64,000 nucleotides of DNA from a phage. The translations under genes were made by a program, and so were the position numbers. The stretch lies in the sequence record PZ445524.1; one strand, given 5' to 3'. Shown one piece after another: positions 49,395 to 58,921 of the stretch. The notes below the pieces were generated by a model. It searched no databases and was not told the origin of the DNA. It worked only from the letters and a program-made list of their open reading frames with translations. Numbering within the stretch: position 1 is the first letter of the stretch; each line of letters opens with the position of its first letter.

Positions 49395-51208
49395 TGGTGT
49401 TTAACCCTATGCATGATTTCTTTATTTTTGCCGAGATTAAATCCGCGTTCGTTCGGATTTCCCAAATAACCACACGTTCTTCTTATTGTGTTCATCTTTT
49501 TAGGATCAGTTTCTCCACAAATAGAACAAACAAATCCGTTTTCAGTAGGAGTCATTTCATGGGTACTTCCACATGTAAAACATTTATCTACTGGCATATT
49601 AACACCAAAATAATCTAAATGTTGTGCAGCATAATCCCACACGGCCTCAAGACCTTTCAAGTTATTTTTCATATCAGGAAGTTCAACATAAGAAATGTGA
49701 CCACCTGTCGCAATGAAATGATATGGCGCTTCACGAGAAATCTTTTCAAACGGAGTAATATTTTCTTCTACTGAAACATGGAAACTGTTAGTGTACCAAC
49801 CTTTATCGGTAACATCTTTTACGCTTCCATATTTTTCTGTATCGAGTTTACAGAAGCGATAACAAAGGTTTTCAGCAGGAGTCGAATATAAACTAAAAGC
49901 AAATCCAGTTCTTTCAGTCCACTGTTTAAGACGAGCATTCATTTTAGTTAAAATTTCTCGTCCAATATCACGACCGGCAAGAATATTCAATTCGTGAATA
50001 CCAATGTATCCTAAAGACACTGAACTTCTACCGTTTTTAAATAACTCAATTATGTCGTCATCAGGTTTAAGACGAACCCCGAATGCACCTTCTTGGTAAA
50101 GAATAGGAGCAACAGTAGCTTTAACTCCTTTTAAGGAACTAATTCTACACATCAAAGCTTCAAAACATAAATCCATTCGTTCATTAAATAGCTCAACAAA
50201 TTTCTGTTCATTGAACTGTGTTCCAATATAAGAATCTAACGCGATGCGAGGAAGATTCAGTGTTACAACACCAAGATTATTACGTCCATCAAGAATTTCA
50301 TTACCAGTCGAATCTTTCCATACGCTCAAGAAACTACGGCATCCCATCGGAGAAACAGGAACAGATGAACCAGTGATAGCTTTATTGTTCTTAGCTGAAA
50401 TAATATCAGGATACATCCTTTTGCTTGCACACTCTAGAGCAAGCTGCTTAATATCATAGTTCGGATCATCTTTATAAAGATTAACACCTTCTTCGACGAA
50501 CATAACAAGCTTAGGGAAAATAGGAGTTATCCCATCACGACCAAGACCTTTAATACGATTTTTCAGAATTGCTTTCTGAATCATTCGTTCAGTCCAGTCA
50601 GTTCCCGTACCAAATGTAATTGTTACAAAAGGTGTTTGCCCGTTTGAACTAAAGAGAGTATTTACTTCATATTCATAAGCTTGGAATGCATCGTATACGT
50701 CTTTTTCTGTTTTAGATTGAGCATAATTCAACGCATCAGCGATTTGCCATTTTTCTGCATCTTCAATATGTTTTGCATAGGTGCGTTTAACATAAGGAGA
50801 AAGTACTTTATCTACATTCGCAAAAGTCGTTCCGCCGTATTGGTGAGAAGCAACCTGTGCAGTAATTTGTGCCATAATTGCAGTAGCAACACCGATTGAT
50901 TTAGGAGTTTCAATCTGCGCATTACCAAGCTTAAATCCGTTCTCAAGCATTCCTTTTAAATCTACTAAACAGCAATTAGTAAATGGAAGAGCAGGGGAAT
51001 AATCAATATCATGGAAATGAATAATTCCGCTTTCATGCGCTTTCATAATAAAAGACGGGACCATATTTTTGGCAATGTGTTTAGACACAATACCAGCCAT
51101 AAGGTCCCGTTGAGTTGGAAAAACACGAGAATCTTTATTAGCATTCTCGTTTAAAAGGTCTTTATTAGTTTTATGAATCAATCCTTCAATTTCTTTTTCA
51201 ATTGTCAT
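49391..51208 (-). CDS. nrdD: anaerobic ribonucleoside-triphosphate reductase, uninterrupted
   Basis: 605 aa continuous ORF; C-terminal glycyl-radical and Cys-rich region; 4-nt overlap with nrdG. Confidence 0.95.
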   Translation of the reverse strand: MTIEKEIEGLIHKTNKDLLNENANKDSRVFPTQRDLMAGIVSKHIAKNMVPSFIMKAHESGIIHFHDIDYSPALPFTNCCLVDLKGMLENGFKLGNAQIETPKSIGVATAIMAQITAQVASHQYGGTTFANVDKVLSPYVKRTYAKHIEDAEKWQIADALNYAQSKTEKDVYDAFQAYEYEVNTLFSSNGQTPFVTITFGTGTDWTERMIQKAILKNRIKGLGRDGITPIFPKLVMFVEEGVNLYKDDPNYDIKQLALECASKRMYPDIISAKNNKAITGSSVPVSPMGCRSFLSVWKDSTGNEILDGRNNLGVVTLNLPRIALDSYIGTQFNEQKFVELFNERMDLCFEALMCRISSLKGVKATVAPILYQEGAFGVRLKPDDDIIELFKNGRSSVSLGYIGIHELNILAGRDIGREILTKMNARLKQWTERTGFAFSLYSTPAENLCYRFCKLDTEKYGSVKDVTDKGWYTNSFHVSVEENITPFEKISREAPYHFIATGGHISYVELPDMKNNLKGLEAVWDYAAQHLDYFGVNMPVDKCFTCGSTHEMTPTENGFVCSICGETDPKKMNTIRRTCGYLGNPNERGFNLGKNKEIMHRVKHQ

Positions 51209-51678
51209 TTTAAACTCTTTCTAAGCTGCTTCTTGAATGAAGCTATTAATTGTGTTTTGGTGTCAGATTCATTATATTCAAATCCTCTTTGAAGCATCTC
51301 GGCCATCATTTCCTCTTTTCCTAAACGAGAAAATTCCTTTGATTTATCTCCAACAAAGTTAGGGTGAATATTATTTTGGGTGTAATCGGATTTTAAATAA
51401 GTAAGTAAATTTTCTAACCATTCAAGATAATCAACACCTTGTCCCTTTAAGCCAGAACGATTAAATTTATGCTTCATTTGACCTTCTGCGGCATTGCATA
51501 GATTACAAAGCAATCCACGTACCTTTCCTGCTTTTGGTCCATTTAATTCATGGTCATGATCGAGGTGATTAGCTTGAACATCAGGATTTAGTTCTCGTTG
51601 GCAAATTAAGCATTTACCGTTTTGTGCATCATAAAATTTCTGTTTTTCTTCTTTATATAATTTGCCAGTCAATAACAT
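51205..51678 (-). CDS. 49: endonuclease VII (Holliday junction resolvase)
   Basis: 157 aa; zinc-binding CxxC...C motifs; T4 gp49 length. Confidence 0.9.
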   Translation of the reverse strand: MLLTGKLYKEEKQKFYDAQNGKCLICQRELNPDVQANHLDHDHELNGPKAGKVRGLLCNLCNAAEGQMKHKFNRSGLKGQGVDYLEWLENLLTYLKSDYTQNNIHPNFVGDKSKEFSRLGKEEMMAEMLQRGFEYNESDTKTQLIASFKKQLRKSLK

Positions 51679-51719
51679 AATAAACCCTTACCTTAAATAG
51701 ATAAGGGTATTTATTATTT

Positions 51720-52205
51720 TCAAGTATTGTAAAACATTTGATGCAATCGCTTATATTGCCGAATCTTTTGGTCAGAAAAAGAAATTTGAGTTTCAAGCCA
51801 TTCAATATATTCTGCCGCAGCTTGCATCAAATTTCCTTCGTAATCATCAATATCTTTTTTCAACGCCGATTTAGCTAATGCGTATGAAATACGTTCACCT
51901 TGAAAACCGGCTTTAGGCTTCTGAATAACTTGATTAGTTCGCTCTACAACTTCTTCAATTTCGCCATTTTCGACTGATTCAGTATTCCACAAGCACCAAT
52001 ACGTAATTGGCTTATCATAGATGTTAATAATCTTTCCATCAGAAAGTTCAATTTCAATAATTCCAGTATCAGGTTCTATATCATCTTCACATTCTTTTGC
52101 AAGTTCACGAACTTTAAAGACAGTACCTGCACTAAGTTCCGGCCAGTAATTACACAGCCCTATATCAGCACGATTAATTCTAAACCACTTATCTACTGTA
52201 ATCAT
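51720..52205 (-). CDS. pin: Pin-like protein (inhibitor of host Lon protease), positional
   Basis: 161 aa from MITVDKWFRIN; between 49 and nrdC as pin in T4. Confidence 0.55.
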   Translation of the reverse strand: MITVDKWFRINRADIGLCNYWPELSAGTVFKVRELAKECEDDIEPDTGIIEIELSDGKIINIYDKPITYWCLWNTESVENGEIEEVVERTNQVIQKPKAGFQGERISYALAKSALKKDIDDYEGNLMQAAAEYIEWLETQISFSDQKIRQYKRLHQMFYNT

Positions 52206-52327
52206 GTCCCATCTCCATATCAATTAAGTCATTTATTGTAGGTTCATTGTATACTGTTTCTTCATCAGTGTAAACCGGTTCTTCCGGCTCTGGCTCTACA
52301 GTTTCCCATCTAGCCGCCCACCAGGGT

Positions 52328-52537
52328 TTAACCCCGAAGCTTATTAAGTTCTTCATAATCAATCCAGGATTCTAATCCTGATGGCAAATCAGATTCAATT
52401 TCCCAAAGAAGTTCTTCAATTTTATGAAGACGATCTAATTCTTCAGCTGGAATAGTAACCATTGATGGAGTTCTTGATACACTAATATCGTAAATCATAT
52501 TTACCCCAGTTTGACCATGCAATCGCCGTATTTCCAC
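52328..52537 (-). CDS. hypothetical protein (69 aa)
   Basis: ORF track. Confidence 0.5.
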   Translation of the reverse strand: MEIRRLHGQTGVNMIYDISVSRTPSMVTIPAEELDRLHKIEELLWEIESDLPSGLESWIDYEELNKLRG

Positions 52538-52716
52538 TTAGAAATAGACTTTTCGCCATTAGAATAATAAACTTCGAGTTTAGCACGATTATTTTTAATT
52601 TGAATAACCTTGGCTGTCATCAAAGTTCCATATCCATAGTAAACTGCAACTTCATCACCTACATATACCGCGCTTCCGCGGTAATCATGGATATAATCAG
52701 TTCCTTCGAGCATCAT
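52501..52716 (-). CDS. hypothetical protein (71 aa)
   Basis: ORF track. Confidence 0.5.
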   Translation of the reverse strand: MMLEGTDYIHDYRGSAVYVGDEVAVYYGYGTLMTAKVIQIKNNRAKLEVYYSNGEKSISKWKYGDCMVKLG

Positions 52717-52976
52717 TTAAAGTATTCCCGCAATTGGTCAAATCCACCAATATGACTTCCATCAGGAGCAAATACCTGAGGCATTGTCAAGCCGATTTGA
52801 GTATCACGACCTAGTTTAGTCAGAAGCTCAGCAATTTTCTCATCATCAAAAACACCTTTTTCCGGCATAATGTTGATAAATTCAAACGGCTGTTTCTTCA
52901 CAGTCAAAAGACGTTTTGCATTATCGCAATACACACATTTATGGATGTTGCTATCATAACCATATACTTTAAACAT
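52713..52976 (-). CDS. nrdC: thioredoxin/glutaredoxin NrdC
   Basis: 87 aa; CVYC redox motif; T4 NrdC length. Confidence 0.9.
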   Translation of the reverse strand: MFKVYGYDSNIHKCVYCDNAKRLLTVKKQPFEFINIMPEKGVFDDEKIAELLTKLGRDTQIGLTMPQVFAPDGSHIGGFDQLREYFK

Positions 52977-52977
52977 A

Positions 52978-53220
52978 TTATTCCTTAATTCCTAGTACTT
53001 GTTTAAAAGTCTCGTCGTAATCAAGACTTTGGCCCGTTTGTTCTTTATGTTTGTATATAATATCACTTACTTCTGATAGCATATTTTTATATGAACGAGT
53101 TAAAGCTGATTTAAGCACGCTGTATCTATCAGGAAATTTACCGTGTTCATTATAATAAGCTATTGCTAATTCACGGACTGCCTTTTCGGCAGTCTCCATA
53201 TATTCTTTACGCTTGGTCAT
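52978..53220 (-). CDS. hypothetical protein (80 aa)
   Basis: track ORF trimmed to [13 protein letters not shown] to remove overlap. Confidence 0.5.
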
Positions 53221-53503
53221 TTTCTTCTCGGTCAAATCGGTGTTTACAATGGCGACATTTATAACGAAGATTATTAGTCTGCCAATGGACCAATTGCACC
53301 TGTTCAGTTCCACATTCAGGGCAATTAGGAACGTATTTAGAAGCCCTTTCGCGACGTTTAACCATAGCCATAATGGCATCCCATGCTGGAGGTTTAAAAT
53401 CTAAATCGTCAGTAACTAGCAGTCCTTTATCAAACCCAGCGCATGGAGTCCATTCAGGAAAATCTGAAGCTTCGGCAATATCTTCTAATAGACGCTTTTT
53501 CAT
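53207..53503 (-). CDS. zinc-ribbon protein (98 aa)
   Basis: CPECGTE...CRHCKHRF four-Cys motif. Confidence 0.6.
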
Positions 53504-54426
53504 TTCAATACCTCAATAGCATTACGTAAACCATTTGCTTTTGCATTAAGAGCTTTTAACAATTTGGTGTGTTCTGCAATTTGGGCTTCAACTTCAATCA
53601 AACGAGCATTGAGATATTCGCGTTCTTCTTTCATAGTATCATTCCCATGATTGGATTTTGGTGTAGGTTTAAATTCACTAGGGTCCTTTAATTTAATAAC
53701 AAATTTAGTTTCAAACAGTGAAAGACCATAATTCATATTATCATCAAAGGATTTGACTACATCCATATCAGATAATAACACGCGTAAATTATAAGCCAAA
53801 GAACTAATAGTTTCATTGTGTTTATTAGCTTCGCGTGGTTTCATATACGGAAGATTTTTATATATCTCGTGCGGAGCACAAATGATAATTGACAATTCAA
53901 ATTGCCCATTCTGGGACGATGGAGTGAATTTAGCCGTAACCCAGTCTTTTACATTTACATTAATAGTACGGTTATCACCATGACAAAACAGTCTACGAGA
54001 ATGCTTAAAAAGCATATTCACATTATTATTAAATTCGTGTGAAAATTCACTAGCAAATTTTTCTTTACTATCTTTAGAAAACCATTCTTCTAAATAAGTT
54101 CTTTTCACGTCGTTAATAATATTAAATGTAACAACACTAGCATTTGATACATTAGTCTCAATGTAGCTTGGATACATAAATTTTTTAACATTATTAACAG
54201 CTATCACAGAAGATAGTAATCGGGAACGTTTGAACCACTCGAGCAAAGAACCAAGAGAATGTGAATATGCATTTTGTGTATCTTTACAAATATGGTTTTC
54301 CCATCCAATATAGTCTAAAAAATCACGAAGAATATTATTGATTACTGCTCTGTGTCCTATCTGATAATTACGATGTTTAGTAATAAGACTGTCAAAATAA
54401 TCAATATAATGTTTACGAGTTTTCAT
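53500..54426 (-). CDS. hypothetical protein, coiled-coil-tailed family member 1 (308 aa)
   Basis: ORF track; C-terminal heptad-like segment EEREYLNARLIEVEAQIAEHTKLLKALNAK. Confidence 0.65.
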   Translation of the reverse strand: MKTRKHYIDYFDSLITKHRNYQIGHRAVINNILRDFLDYIGWENHICKDTQNAYSHSLGSLLEWFKRSRLLSSVIAVNNVKKFMYPSYIETNVSNASVVTFNIINDVKRTYLEEWFSKDSKEKFASEFSHEFNNNVNMLFKHSRRLFCHGDNRTINVNVKDWVTAKFTPSSQNGQFELSIIICAPHEIYKNLPYMKPREANKHNETISSLAYNLRVLLSDMDVVKSFDDNMNYGLSLFETKFVIKLKDPSEFKPTPKSNHGNDTMKEEREYLNARLIEVEAQIAEHTKLLKALNAKANGLRNAIEVLK

Positions 54427-54478
54427 GTTCTTCTCACTTGGTTAATGATTTATACTCCGAGCCATCCTTGGCTTTAAA

Positions 54479-55480
54479 TTACTTAATTAACTGTAAAGCT
54501 TGTTCCAGACGATCAAGACGATTAACAGATTCTTCCCAAATCCTTTTAGCCTGCTCATATTCTTTCTGCGCTTTATTAGAAATTTCTAGAACTTCTTTAT
54601 AAGCTTTTTCTAGTGCAATAACTTCTGGACGAATTTCTATCGGTTCAGGTGAATCATCAAGACATTCCATTAGTTCCTCAAGGGTAGTTTCTTCTTTAGG
54701 AGTATTCACAATTTCATCACATTTTTGTTGATAAATTTCTTTATCAGTAGGTGAGTACGCGCACTTTACTTCACGAAGACTAATTACAATTTTATATCCT
54801 TCCCAACCGCATATATTCTTAAAAGGATAAGTATGAATATTTTCTACTGTTTCCATACAAAGTAATGCGGTCTCTAATTGACGAGTTATAGTGCTAGCAA
54901 TTGAGAAAAATTTATTAATGTTCTTTTGGTTAGTTTCTGGTGTAAAAAATCCATAATTCACAAAAATAGATACTTTATTTTTATCAAGTTCATATTCTTT
55001 TATGATAATCATATCAGAAGCCAAAGGATGAATTTGACGATAATCGCCATAACATAATTTAGAAGCTGATTTTAGAATCTGTCCTTTGAAAAGTCTGAAA
55101 TTACTAATCCAACGACGAGTAAAAATATTCTCAGGGTCTTCTTTATTATTAAGATGATAAGAATTAACATCACCGAACCAATTATATCCTACTACATCTT
55201 TGGTTCGTTTAATTTCTTTCCCAAAATTACCAAGAATATCCCGATTAACCAAATATGAAAGAAGACGAGACTCTTTAAAGGTTTTCTTGATAAGATCTTT
55301 ATCTACACGGCTAGAAATTTTACGAATTTCATGAATAAATTTAGTAGAAGAAACAATACCTGCATCAACACTATTGAGCCATTGATTGATAATAGAAAGA
55401 ACGCTATTTTGGCCAAACATCGGTATAGCTTTATCATCAATAACGCTATTGAATGATTTGATATATTCGTTACGAGTCAT
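54479..55480 (-). CDS. hypothetical protein, coiled-coil-tailed family member 2 (333 aa)
   Basis: track ORF trimmed (it ran through an early promoter) to ATG after GGAG; C-terminal coiled-coil-like tail. Confidence 0.65.
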   Translation of the reverse strand: MTRNEYIKSFNSVIDDKAIPMFGQNSVLSIINQWLNSVDAGIVSSTKFIHEIRKISSRVDKDLIKKTFKESRLLSYLVNRDILGNFGKEIKRTKDVVGYNWFGDVNSYHLNNKEDPENIFTRRWISNFRLFKGQILKSASKLCYGDYRQIHPLASDMIIIKEYELDKNKVSIFVNYGFFTPETNQKNINKFFSIASTITRQLETALLCMETVENIHTYPFKNICGWEGYKIVISLREVKCAYSPTDKEIYQQKCDEIVNTPKEETTLEELMECLDDSPEPIEIRPEVIALEKAYKEVLEISNKAQKEYEQAKRIWEESVNRLDRLEQALQLIK

Positions 55481-55508
55481 ATTAATCTCCTCAGTAGAAA
55501 GTAAGAAC

Positions 55509-55538
55509 ATTATACCACATCCTTGTGGCAAAGTAAAC
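55509..55538 (-). promoter_or_regulatory. early promoter (GTTTAC-N18-TATAAT)
   Basis: minus strand GTTTACTTTGCCACAAGGATGTGGTATAAT. Confidence 0.55.
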
Positions 55539-56563
55539 TAGTTCAGTGCATTTAGTGCATTGTTCAGTTTAGAACGTTGCTTTGTCAGATTTTGAACCCT
55601 TGACTGAGCTTGTTTTAACACCTTTTCAGCTTCTAGCACTTCATTGGTCGCTTTAACGAGTTCAGCATCTACTGCTTTAAGAGACTTCTCAATCGCATCT
55701 GCATGCCATTTTTCAACAGGTTTAAGACTCGGATTTTCAACAGGAAGAAAATTCACTTTATTGAATTTCCATGCATCTTTATTACCTGAACTATACATCC
55801 AAAATTTAGGATCGTTTGATAAGTAATTGGATAAATTTAAATTTAAGTTATCTTGCACTTCCTGCTTTTTCTCTTGCGGGACTTCGTCCTTTCTCAAAAA
55901 TTCATATTTAAATGAAACGATCATATCAAGTTCATATGATGTTGTATCTAACTTAAATCGTTCAAAACGAGGTAAAATCTTAGATTGAACAGCAGCAACA
56001 ACATCCATATACTTAAATGCTTCTGTCAACTGTGATTTAAGGCATTCACAAATTGAAAGAGAATTTTTTGTATTAGGTTTAAAGCTAATTCGTGCAGTTC
56101 TATTATTTTCTTTTAACGGTCTTACTTCCATCTGAAGAGTATAACCATCAAATTTCAGATTCTTTAAGTTAATATCAGAGCCTTTTAATCGACTAGCAGT
56201 AGACAAAATTTGCTTTAATTGTCTACGGAATAGAGCAATAAATCTCCATTCAAGACGATAATGATTTGGATTGAAAAATCCAGATGATAAATCGACCTTA
56301 CTTTGACCAACGCCTTGAACAAATAGAGGATTTTTATAATCAATAGTTTTACAGAAATCGGTGAGCTGCTCACGAGCAGTCATTTGTGTAATATACCCCG
56401 CTTTACTAAAATGACGTAACCATTCACTGCTATTCATATATTTAAAGTGAATATCACGATTAACTTTATCAGGGTCTAAATTATTTTGGCACAAAAATGT
56501 CATAACATCACGAGTATAGCTGGCATTACGAACCATATCTTCAATTTGAGAACGAGTTTTCAT
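55538..56563 (-). CDS. hypothetical protein, coiled-coil-tailed family member 3 (341 aa)
   Basis: ORF track; N-terminus MKTR... like member 1; C-terminal coiled-coil-like tail. Confidence 0.65.
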   Translation of the reverse strand: MKTRSQIEDMVRNASYTRDVMTFLCQNNLDPDKVNRDIHFKYMNSSEWLRHFSKAGYITQMTAREQLTDFCKTIDYKNPLFVQGVGQSKVDLSSGFFNPNHYRLEWRFIALFRRQLKQILSTASRLKGSDINLKNLKFDGYTLQMEVRPLKENNRTARISFKPNTKNSLSICECLKSQLTEAFKYMDVVAAVQSKILPRFERFKLDTTSYELDMIVSFKYEFLRKDEVPQEKKQEVQDNLNLNLSNYLSNDPKFWMYSSGNKDAWKFNKVNFLPVENPSLKPVEKWHADAIEKSLKAVDAELVKATNEVLEAEKVLKQAQSRVQNLTKQRSKLNNALNALN

Positions 56564-56571
56564 GGTGTTCC

Positions 56572-57459
56572 TTAAGATTTAAGTAAATCAACAATTTTAA
56601 TTAACTTTTCACGCTCAGATTTAGCTTTACTACTCAATCCAGATAGTCTGAAAATTTCATCATCATATTGTTGAATAGAAATATTCAGCTCTTCAATCTG
56701 TTTATTAAAATAATCAATTTGTTCAGAATGTTTTTCGTTACTACGAAATGGTACAAGTTTTGTAGGCAATTTAGTTGAACTGGATTCATTCGGGCGATAA
56801 ATTAAAATGCAATTTGAACCAATCGGGCATTTAGCACCAGATGAATATTCTAACGTTCCAGCTTCTTTTAAAACTTCAAAAGCTAAACAGAGATGATGCC
56901 CCATATTAACATAATCTGTAGAGCGAGCTCTGATGTAATAATCATCTCCACGAGTACTAAATTTAAAGCATTTAAGGTCTTCTGTATTATTGGTCTTAAA
57001 AATCATTTGTTTATCTAGACCTTTAGCTAATCGAGCACCTAATGCTAATAATCGTCGTTGATTTTCCCACAAATCTGCGATCATTTGGTCGAATGATAAT
57101 TTCGGCATTAGTCGGCCATAAAGGTCATATCCTTTATTATAATTACGAAGGATTTCACTCGCGTTAATACGAGACAATGCTCCAATTTTATTAAGGGCTT
57201 TCATAATGCGATTAGATAAACTCATTCCAGACCCGTTTGTTCGCTGTAAATGTTTATCTAATCCAAACCCAATATCAACTTTAAATTTATCTAAAATTTC
57301 TGCATGAACATCTTTATCAATAACATTCAAATCCAAAGTTGGGTTAAATCTATGAAAAAATTTATCTGGCTCTCCACGACGAAGTACAGTCCATTCATTC
57401 AATTTTTTATTAACTAAAGATTTAATTACTGCATTGACATTATTAATTACTACTGACAT
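56572..57459 (-). CDS. hypothetical protein, coiled-coil-tailed family member 4 (295 aa)
   Basis: trimmed from TTG to ATG after GAGGAA; C-terminal coiled-coil-like tail. Confidence 0.65.
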   Translation of the reverse strand: MSVVINNVNAVIKSLVNKKLNEWTVLRRGEPDKFFHRFNPTLDLNVIDKDVHAEILDKFKVDIGFGLDKHLQRTNGSGMSLSNRIMKALNKIGALSRINASEILRNYNKGYDLYGRLMPKLSFDQMIADLWENQRRLLALGARLAKGLDKQMIFKTNNTEDLKCFKFSTRGDDYYIRARSTDYVNMGHHLCLAFEVLKEAGTLEYSSGAKCPIGSNCILIYRPNESSSTKLPTKLVPFRSNEKHSEQIDYFNKQIEELNISIQQYDDEIFRLSGLSSKAKSEREKLIKIVDLLKS

Positions 57460-57466
57460 ATTTTCC

Positions 57467-57874
57467 TCACTCAATTTCAATTTTACTAAATATACAGAAT
57501 AAGATAGAACAGACTATATAAGCACCACACACAGATTGAACTAATACCATTCCAAAGAACCAAACAATATTATCAAACCATGTCTGTTTTACGTCGAAAG
57601 GACGTAAACTTACAGTAATATTATCACCTTTTTCTATTGAAGAATACATCTCCGGTGAAATATATTCGCTAAATCTATAACCGTCTTTGAGTTCATATAC
57701 AGCAATAAACGATAAACTAGACCCCTTTCCTTGAGTTCCTGTAAGGGTATTAACTACAGTAACATCATAATCTTTATAATGCATATAATCATTAATTGCG
57801 TAATAACCATATGCAATTACTATACATAAACAACATATCAATAAATTCAATCTTTTAATTATCAACTGTTTCAT
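57467..57874 (-). CDS. membrane protein (135 aa)
   Basis: ORF track; N- and C-terminal hydrophobic helices. Confidence 0.6.
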   Translation of the reverse strand: MKQLIIKRLNLLICCLCIVIAYGYYAINDYMHYKDYDVTVVNTLTGTQGKGSSLSFIAVYELKDGYRFSEYISPEMYSSIEKGDNITVSLRPFDVKQTWFDNIVWFFGMVLVQSVCGAYIVCSILFCIFSKIEIE

Positions 57875-57929
57875 AATAATCTCAATTAAAAGGGCTTAGA
57901 ACCATTATACCATCCTTGGTATAAAGCGG

Positions 57930-58457
57930 TTATGCGAGTACCGTCTTTAACCGTTCTTCAAACTTCCGAAGAGTGTTCTGGCGTTCAGCTCTTTGCTTTT
58001 TGTAAGTTTCAATACGCTCTGAAATGAGAGTGTATCGTTCATTTACTGATTCTTTCATAAAATCAGGAATTTCACGAGAAGCTTTAATCTCATCAAATTT
58101 ATCAATAACAGCTTGCTCTTCAGCAATTAAGTTATCATACATCAAAATATCTTTCTTGATGAACTCAATATCTTCTTGAGTTACACGAGATAATTTAGAT
58201 GCTTTATCCTTTTTGTACTGTTCATTAGTATCACGAGACCAGTGTAATGTACGATTTTTATTCGTATTTTTGTAAATTTCTACAATACCAATCTCATCGA
58301 TAATAACGATCCAATTCCAACGAGATTTGTAAATTTGCCCTCCGTCAACCGTGATTTCACCTCCGATTGAGATGTCATTAAAGAACTTGCTTTGTGCTTC
58401 AGATTTAAATTTACCATCGTTGTAATTTACCAGGTTGAAAATATCTTTAGCGTTCAT
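57930..58457 (-). CDS. hypothetical protein (175 aa)
   Basis: ORF track; conserved early leader upstream. Confidence 0.6.
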   Translation of the reverse strand: MNAKDIFNLVNYNDGKFKSEAQSKFFNDISIGGEITVDGGQIYKSRWNWIVIIDEIGIVEIYKNTNKNRTLHWSRDTNEQYKKDKASKLSRVTQEDIEFIKKDILMYDNLIAEEQAVIDKFDEIKASREIPDFMKESVNERYTLISERIETYKKQRAERQNTLRKFEERLKTVLA

Positions 58458-58485
58458 TTTGTGTTCCTCCGTAGTTGATAGTTGT

Positions 58486-58515
58486 ATAGTACCACAGAGG
58501 AACAGTCTTGTAAAC
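58486..58515 (-). promoter_or_regulatory. early promoter with conserved leader
   Basis: GTTTAC-N18-TACTATACAACTATCAACTACGGAGGAACAC. Confidence 0.55.
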
Positions 58516-58517
58516 CA

Positions 58518-58832
58518 CTAAAAGAAACTTCTTTCACAATTTTTTCCACTGAACCACGCGCTCACTGCTTTCTTAGTCTCAGGAGCAGTGTTATCCATAA
58601 ACCATTCAAAGGCAGCCTTTTTATGATTCTGGAGGGCTTCTCGGGCTTTAATCTGCTCACGGTCTATTAACACTAACATATGAGCCTTTCTTGTCACCAG
58701 GGGCTTCTTATGATTTTTTGAATACTCCCAATCATTTGTCCATCGCATCGTTGTTGCGAATTGAAGTACAGCTTCTTTAATCTTAGTTTCGTAAATTTCA
58801 CGAGCCTTTGAGTATAACATCATTACCTCCAT
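58518..58832 (-). CDS. hypothetical protein (104 aa)
   Basis: ORF track. Confidence 0.55.
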   Translation of the reverse strand: MEVMMLYSKAREIYETKIKEAVLQFATTMRWTNDWEYSKNHKKPLVTRKAHMLVLIDREQIKAREALQNHKKAAFEWFMDNTAPETKKAVSAWFSGKNCERSFF

Positions 58833-58921
58833 TTACCAGTTTAATTCTAGTCATCTTTTTGATGGCAGTCCATATAATCTATTTCTGAACTGCCTTTTTG
58901 TCACAGAAGGCCTCTTATGAA

